A stretch of 9,605 bases of DNA. Source: Paraspadella gotoi (Eukaryota > Animalia > Chaetognatha). The translations under genes were made by a program, and so were the position numbers. The notes beneath the pieces were generated by a model. The model saw nothing but the letters and a program-made list of their open reading frames with translations, searched no databases and was not told the DNA's origin. This document shows positions 1 through 6,800 of the stretch, piece by piece. The stretch covers positions 1 to 9,605 of the forward strand of contig JBJCIZ010001430.1 of NCBI GenBank assembly GCA_051294375.1, in the 5' to 3' direction. Numbering within the stretch: the stretch's first letter is position 1; the number at the start of each line of letters is the position of its first letter.

Positions 1-499
1 TTGTTGATAAACTAGGAATGCGTGTCGTCATCTTGTTTGAAAGCTTGAAGGGACGGATGCCTTAACTCACAACACCCTTGGCAGAAGCAAGATCGCTTAT
101 TTCTTGAATTATTTATTTTAATTTATATTTTATATTTTAATATATTTTTTTACTTTGTCCCATTTACATGATACAAAATATGACAAAAATCATTTTAGTT
201 TGTGGCTTTAATATCATCTCGTATGTTATTATGTTTAATTGTTATTAATTATATTAATTATAATCCAATTTCTAATTGAAATGTTACGACATTCTTACAT
301 TTTGTCATTAGTATTATTTGTTATGGATAATATACTATAAATATTTATTATATATCTTTAGTATAAGGCAGGCTAAAAAAGCCGCGACTCGAAAGAAGAA
401 AATGAAGGACCTTTATTATGGATCTCATTTTAACGTCATCCTTTGAAGAAAGAAAGTGACTTGAATGACCCGTTCTCTTTATTCGGCTTTCTAGAGGCA

Positions 500-549
500 A
501 GAGAGAGAGGAGATGAGAGAGGAGGAGAGAGAGGAGGAGAGAGAGAGAG
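500..549 (+). repeat. Imperfect (GA)n/(GGA)n microsatellite
   Basis: agagagagaggagatgagagaggaggagagagaggaggagagagagagag. Confidence 0.9.
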
Positions 550-896
550 CAGACTTCCTCTTTAATCCTAGTCTCAATCTCACCCTGGCTTAAAAATTAG
601 CGTCGAGGATGTATGCGAGTTTGAGAGGGTAAAGTGTAAGAACTAGCAAACAGGTTCGTTGCTTTGGTTCAGGCATTGCTTACTTTTTCATGTAAGAGTT
701 GGGGCAACGTTATTTATTTTATACCTGTGGGCATCTAGTTTTTTTCTTCGACACACAAAAATTACAATAAAATAAAGAATCGAGATACAATAAAAACTCG
801 AAAAGTTAACCACTTTCTGTTCCCTTAATTCTTAAATTTAATTTTTATTTTAAAAATAATTTTAATAATTTAATAATGATTAGTAAATTAAGTTCG

Positions 897-1015
897 TAAC
901 CTTTATCTAAATGTTTAATGCTTAACCCGACCCTAGACCTTACCTCACTCTTAAACCTTACACTTAACCTTTAACTGAAAACCGCCAAACCTTCAACTAA
1001 ATCATAACCTTTTAA
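897..1015 (+). repeat. Degenerate ~6-bp TAACCY-type tandem repeat
   Basis: Recurring taacc/aaacct/cttac units (cttaacccga ccctagacct tacc...ttaaaccttacacttaacctttaac...ataacctt). Confidence 0.45.
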
Positions 1016-1616
1016 TCTAGAGTAAATGCAGCCATATCAAGACCACGCTATTCTGTGGTTGAGACACGAAAGTAAGGAATAGAGACAAACAAAAAGAAAT
1101 CCTTTGTAAAAGCCGGTCCTCACCAGATGACGTCACCGTCCTGTTTCTTTTGTTTTCTTGACCGTTTTCCTTTGATAGTACTTGTAAACTGAAAAGTCAG
1201 TCTTGATTGAAACCTCTTGATTTCAACCTTGTTTTTATTCTCGAATTTGAACTCGTTGATTTTCAACTACAATAAAACTTTATGCAACTATTAACTTGCC
1301 TTCTAATTCACTTCAAATTCTCTACAAATGTAAAGAATACATTATTAAGAAGAGAAGAAATTGAAACAAGTTTTATCTTTGGTGAAAAACATTCAAAACG
1401 AAATAACTTTACTGCAAAGTCACGTGCCTGTGCTTATCCCTGCGTTACGCTCTTCGTACGTCTTTGCCACGCTTCGTCACACTCACTTAGTGACCGAGTC
1501 ACACCGTGCCAAGATAAATATTTAACTTGAAAAATAACTTTAATTTTAATTTAGGAAGAAATGGGACGTTCTGGAAAAAAAGGGCCAACAGTCGGAACCA
1601 GATTCCTTTTTTTTCT

Positions 1617-1727
1617 TTTCGCGTCAAAAACTCGCGCCTCGTTTCTTAGTATAAATTTGAAGTCGAAAGACGACTGTGATAGACGGGAGGTATCGTGAGA
1701 AATGTCGAAGAGGGAAATTGAGTGAGT
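1617..1727 (+). promoter_or_regulatory. Possible host promoter and first exon
   Basis: E2F-like TTTCGCG (1617-1623) and CTCGCGCC (1631-1638), TATAAAT (1650-1656), ATG at 1702 (MSKREI), donor-like GTGAGT at 1722-1727. Confidence 0.3.
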
Positions 1728-2043
1728 GGATTGCGTGTGGTAGAAGGTAGTGAATTTACAGGGTGATTGTTAAAAATAGTGGAACTTGTTAAAAGGTCGA
1801 TAAGAACAACGATGTCACAGATGTATTTTGTTATTTATATAAGTTAATAAAACGAAGCATGCAAAATTACAAATACAATGCATTCGAACCGTTACCAATA
1901 GTAACACAATACAGAAGAGATATTAAATAGAAAGGTTTAAGTTTAAGTTTATAGCATAAAGAACTTCATTGTAGATTTGAACCAATTATCATGGAACATT
2001 TAAGTAAGTAGACAGAGATTTCAACATGAAACTAAAAGTGGAT

Positions 2044-2049
2044 TTTATT
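2044..2049 (-). terminator. LTR polyadenylation signal AATAAA
   Basis: AATAAA ~46 nt after the predicted TSS, with CA ~16 nt downstream (2028-2027) followed by GU-rich TGTTG. Confidence 0.65.
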
Positions 2050-2090
2050 CTTGGAAAGTCACAAGCAAAGACGGTGTCAGAATTTTAGAC

Positions 2091-2125
2091 AGAGTGAATC
2101 AAAGCAGAAACAGAGGCTATTTATA
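2091..2125 (-). promoter_or_regulatory. LTR core promoter: TATA box plus initiator
   Basis: TATAAATA (2125-2118) and Inr TCACTCT (YYANWYY, A+1 at 2095), exactly 30 nt apart. Confidence 0.75.
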
Positions 2126-2148
2126 AAGGGCAAGTAGACGAAGCCAGA

Positions 2149-2290
2149 TTCCTCTTCCGGAATCCTCCTCTTCCTCTTCTGGAACCTTCTTTTCCTCTTC
2201 CGGAAAGTATTGTTCCTTTTCTGGATTTGGCTTCCAAAATCCCATTCACAATCATTCCAGAATCTTCTTCCTCTTCCGGAATCCTCTTCC
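2149..2290. promoter_or_regulatory. U3 tandem repeats (~21-22 bp) carrying heat-shock-element-like nTTCnnGAAnnTTCn units
   Basis: TTCnnGAA cores at 2155, 2177, 2198, 2255, 2274 (degenerate at 2219); perfect three-unit HSEs at 2177-2189 and 2255-2267. Confidence 0.7.
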
Positions 2291-2334
2291 TTAATCCTTT
2301 CCTCTGTTTCCGGGTTTCATTCATCTGTGATGCG

Positions 2335-2346
2335 TCCCCCCTCCTC
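2335..2346 (-). other. Polypurine tract (plus-strand primer)
   Basis: Minus strand GAGGAGGGGGGA immediately before the LTR terminal inverted repeat. Confidence 0.88.
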
Positions 2347-2505
2347 AGACGACGGCGTACGTGGTCAGTCGGTAGCCGGAGTGGGGATGGGTATGAAGAT
2401 CTTATCTCCTGCTTGTTCCAAGGTTATGGTCAGTATTGAGAATTAGTCTTTAAAAAGACTTTTTGGTTTCCTTTGGTTCGGGCGTTTTTCGATGATAATC
2501 CCTCT

Positions 2506-2515
2506 NNNNNNNNNN
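2506..2515. other. 10-N run (others at 3442-3451 and 5661-5670)
   Basis: The two runs inside the ORF preserve frame, and the RT run preserves motif spacing (WWxxxxPMG versus canonical YxFxxMPFG), so they probably replace exactly 10 real bases. Confidence 0.8.
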
Positions 2516-2589
2516 GGGTTTTCTTTTGTTTGCTATCTACGATCGTTTCTACATTGTTTCTCTACGTCTTTATTTACAGTTGTGGCGTC

Positions 2590-3868
2590 TTAGTTTCCGG
2601 CCGTATGGAGCTTGAGTCGTCTCCTGTGATACTTGAGACGTTGGTCATTGATAGAGAGGACAAAATGGTTACCGTCCCTTTCAAGGACTCTGTGTGGGCC
2701 GGAATAGATTCGTTTGACCTTGTTCACAGCTGTTGTGGTTCCTGTCATGATGAGATCTCGTCTGGCCAGGACTAAGTCACCCACCTTGATATTTTCGGGT
2801 TTCCTGTACGGGTTGTTACGAGTTGACTGCTTGTAGAGCTTGGTGCGCTGATCTGCAAGTCTGGATCTGGCCTGTTCTTGTCGGTCGGCCCTTTTTCGGA
2901 TGAATTCTATTAAGTTTCTTTTTGTGTAATCGTCCGCCGCCTCGACTATTCTTGGCCTATGTCCGAACTGAATTTCGTGAGGAGACATTTCGGTTTTCCA
3001 ACCAATTATTGGTGTGGCGTTTAGTAGCAACATTAAGTGTGGGAGATGTTCAAGCCATCTTCTCGGCTGGTCTTCCACGGCTTTTCTCAGTGCTTGCCGG
3101 ATTCTGCCGATGTCCCTTTCAGCCCTGTTACTATCTTTCCTTCCTACTAAGACGCGTCGGCCTACGGTGTCGAGGAGGTCGAGGATGGACTTCATCGCCT
3201 TTCCGTTCAGCTGTGTTGCTCCATCGAAATTTACCTCCATGTATGACCCATGTCGGAGGAATATATTCTGGTCGAGGGCTTGGACAAGGCTTTCTGCATC
3301 GGCTCGGCGTAGGGGAATAGCCCAGGTATAAGCTGAAGCATTATCTGATGCTACAAGGATGTAATTGTATCCGGATACTGGGGGGAGGTGCATTACGTCA
3401 ATGCTGAGTGATTCCCATGGTGTTAGGGCCAGGTTTGGTGCNNNNNNNNNNTCATTGTGTCTCTGGGTGTCTGTTGATTTTGCGCAGTTGTTACAATTTC
3501 TGACGCATCTGGCGGCTGCGGTCGATAACCCCGGCGATGAGACATATTGTGCCGTAATGAAGGCTGTTCGGTCTCGACCAGGATGGCCAAAGTGCTTGTG
3601 CAATTTTGTTGCGACTTCCTCAGCCTTATTTGGGGGCACGACGTATTTGGTTGTTTGATTGTTATTTTTGTATCCCTTGATCACAAGGATACCGTCTTCT
3701 GTTACGTCGAGATCGGCGAGGCTGTTGGCAAGATACCTTTCTGTTAGCGTCTTTCGCTTCTCCATCTTTTTGTTTAAAAGCACCTCTGCGGCTTCGCGGT
3801 CATGTTCCCGTAAGGTTTTTATGACGGCTCTGAATAATTCTTCTTTCTGTTGCCAATCCTTTACTGTG
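2590..3868 (-). other. Integrase (HHCC zinc finger, DDE core, GPY/F-type SH3-like C-terminus; no chromodomain)
   Basis: H(3600-3598)...GH(3585-3583)...CNNC(3495-3484); SID (D 3399-3397), NFDG (D 3225-3223), AER (E 3120-3118); IKVGDLVL...YSGPHRVL. Confidence 0.93.
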
Positions 3869-6800
3869 GTTGCCATAGGGAGTAATTTTTCTTGTTTGGC
3901 ATTAGGCTGCCTCACTTCCTGGGCGATTTCTGCCTCGGAAGCGTCGATGTCTGCCTCCAGTGTACTGTCGACCATGGCTTCCATGTCTGCTCCCGGCCAT
4001 GTCGTTTCCACCATGTCCATGACTGCTGTTGGGGGTGATGGATGCATGTTGTTCTCGTTCTTGAGTTTTATGTTGACGAGGTCTTGGGGAGGTTGGTTTG
4101 CCTGGTATCCGTCGCTTCTTGGGCTTCTGGGCCTTCCGCGGCGCTCTAGTGGGCGGAGGTCAGCGACCTTGATTGTCTGGATCGGGCCTCCGGCGGGGGT
4201 GTGCAGGGGTCGTTGTGGGCTGACGTCACTGATGAGGCTGACTTGGCCTGTTATTGTTCTGAATATTTTTATCTTCCTGTCGTAACTGGGTTTCCCGTAT
4301 ATTCTTTCATATTTACAACCCGTCTGATTGACGAATTCCTCTTCCATCATGGTGATGGTGATGCCAGTCATCTCACTGAGCAATTCAAGCTCTGGGTGAC
4401 CGAGGCTCCAGTCTTTGGCTGCGACAGTTCTGATGAAAGTGTCGGCGTCCTTAGTTTTGGGTTTGCCATATAGTTTTTCTATGTTGTTTTTCTTTTCAGT
4501 GAACTTTTGCCGGATGAATTCAAAGAATTTTGCCCTGAATGTCTTGGTGTCGACCTCGAGAATTTGGGCCATCAAGGTGAGCGTCGGGGCATGTCCCGTT
4601 ATGAGATCGAGATGCTCTGGGGTTTCTAAGCTGTCGATTGGGTTTTCGGCAAAACCGGGCTCGTAATTGCCTTCCACGTCAAAGCCCGCAGGGAAGAAAG
4701 GGGTGTCCAGTGGGGTGACCTGTCCCTGTTCGGTAAAGCGGGTGAGGAAGTCGGCCGGGTTGTCTTCGCTTTTTACGAGGACTATTTCTTTTGGCTGGCA
4801 CTCCTGGCGGATTTCCGTTATCCATCTTAGCACATTTGTGGGAAGGAGTTGCTGCCTATCGTGTTGTAAATCCATGATCCTCTTGAAGTATTGCGAGTCC
4901 GTTACCAGGGTTACCCTTCTTCCACATGTGTAACCCTTGAATTTCCTGACCATCATATTGAAGGCTAGTGTTTCCAGGATGTTTATATGTTTAATCCTGT
5001 ACTCGTCTGGGAATGATTTTGAGTGAAAAGAGAGCGGGTACTCGACGCCGTCGGCGGTGACGGTGATAAGCCCTCCCATTGCGCTGGTGCTTGCATCCGC
5101 ATAGATTCTGTATGATCCATGTTTCACTCTGGCATCGTTGAGGAAGTTAAGGCCTGGGGATGATTTGATTTCGTCTATCAGGATCTGGAGCATGGTGATG
5201 TGCTTCTCGGTGAGTTTGAAATCCTTCTTGTCAAGCAGCGTGAGAGCGTGCAGTGGCTGGGCGATATAGGAGAAGCGGTGTGTGAAGCATCTGTAGTAAT
5301 TGAGGGAGGCGAGCATGGCTCTCAGCTCCTTCTGGGTTTTGAGATTCTTCAGTTTGACTTCCACTGCTTCAAGCTTCTCCTTTTGTGGCATGAGTTTGCT
5401 CTTCGAGATGCTGAAGCCCAAGATTTTGATGTCTTCCTTTCGGAGGAGCACGCTCTTGGTCCACTTGAGGACGACGTTTTCATCCCTGCATCTCTGAAGG
5501 AGGTCGCGGAGTCTCTGCGCCATGTCCTCGGGTGATTTTGCAGTCAGTATCAGGTCATCCACGTATACTAGGAAGCTCTTCACGTCTGTGCCAAGGTCCT
5601 GGAAAATTTCGTCAAGGATTGCCTGTAGCACGTTAACGCTGTTCACTCCTCCCATAGGTANNNNNNNNNNCCACCAGTTGTGGCCAGCTCCCGCGAATGT
5701 CGTGACGGGTTTGCAGCGGTCTGATAAATTTACTTGGTGGAAACAAGCGAGTATGTCAACTGAGCATTGAAGCTCGTGTGGCTTATATTGTTCAAGGATG
5801 GAGGTAATGGTTTGCGGTTCAGTAGCGTACGTTGAAATATTATTGTTTACGGCTGATAAATCGCAAATTAACCTCCATTGTTTGGCGAAAGTTTCGTCGC
5901 TCATTTCGTCTTGGCCTTCAGCTATGTGTCCTGGTTTTTTGATGAGGAAGGCGTTGGAGTAGGCCTCGTTCCTGGTTCGGGATACAATGCCTGCCTTCTC
6001 ATATACCTCCAGGTATCTTTTTAATGCTGCTTTCTTCACTGGGCCTTGATTTGCGAATCTCGGTTTTGGTAGGTCCTCGTCGGTGTAGCCTAGGTCCACT
6101 CTATAATTTAGGAAACCTTCTTTGCAGTCATTTATGGTTTCCCCAAAGACGTCTCTAAACTCCCATACGATTTCCCAGACAAGGTGGGCCTTCTCTTGGA
6201 GACTGGGGTCGACGTCCTTGAAGGGTTTAAGGAACGCCTCCTTGCCGCGTGCATCGTGCTTTTCGCGTCTTTTTTGACGTGCATCCTCTACCGCGTGGAT
6301 CTCTTCCTCTGAGGGTTTGTGGTGAATGATGGTTGTGGCGGGGATGTTGTCCTTCCTGATTTTTCTGAGAAGAGGTTTGTCCCCAGACATGTCGGCCTGG
6401 ACTGGTTCGGCTGTGGTTTTGGTTCCCAGGCCTAATTCAGCTTTGGCTTCGTTTGTGATGAGTGGCCTTGCAAATCCCCAAGCTCCGGGTTGGGCATCTA
6501 TTTCGACCCCCTCCCGAAGCTGGTCGCCGTCAACAATGTAAGCTTTGTCGTCATTTAGGGATTCAATGATCCATCTCGAGCTGGCAAGCGTTTTCCAGTA
6601 AGGCCTAATGGACGTTAGCTTGGTGATCCCTTCGGCGTCACGTTCCGTGTGTACGGGCAGGGAGGTTTCTTCGTCCAGATTTCCTCGTGCGAGCCATCTC
6701 GCGGCTTTTAAGGCCTCGTGTTTGTCGCCAAAGAGGTGGGTGATTGGTTTCCCCCCCATCGAGGCGATTTGCAGGTTGTTATTTTGGTTCGAGGGTTGCA

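Larger units (their letters stand above)
1813..2332 (-). repeat. 3' long terminal repeat (~520 bp; U3 ~2332-2096, R ~2095-2027, U5 ~2026-1813)
   Basis: Starts 2 nt after the PPT; inverted termini TGTCACAGATG (1813-1823) and CATCTGTGA (2322-2330); contains TATA, Inr and AATAAA. The second copy is not in the window, but 9605 (T) matches its first base 2 nt from the PBS. Confidence 0.82.

Noticed and set aside
362-446. Possible host terminal exon (ttag|...IRQAKKAATRKKKMKDLYYGSHFNVIL*)
   Set aside because: Too short, with no independent support.
1282-1530. 82-aa ORF in the host flank
   Set aside because: No recognisable domain; crosses a compositional boundary; likely chance.
2149-2290. CRISPR-like repeat array
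   Set aside because: Units are contiguous and degenerate with no unique spacers; eukaryotic LTR context and no cas genes.
2300-2385. Hammerhead-like CTGAGGA...GAAAC on the minus strand across the PPT
   Set aside because: Stem II and the stem III/NUH cleavage triplet cannot be formed convincingly; explained by PPT and LTR sequence.
2445-2464. AGTCTTT-AA-AAAGACT inverted repeat plus T-run resembling an intrinsic terminator
   Set aside because: Weak AT-rich stem in a eukaryotic context.
2569-2574. AATAAA just after the pol stop codon
   Set aside because: A-rich UTR makes chance occurrence likely; use would truncate genomic RNA before the PPT, and no downstream GU-rich element is evident.
2121-2775. 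Short ORFs downstream of pol as a possible env or accessory gene
   Set aside because: They lie in the LTR repeats/3' UTR or antisense; too short for env, and the only sense-strand one (67 aa) has no signal peptide or TM segment.
3868-4735. Second (archaeal-type) RNase H as in Tat/Ogre elements
   Set aside because: No RNase H D-E-D-D motif pattern in the insert; the pattern fits OTU better.
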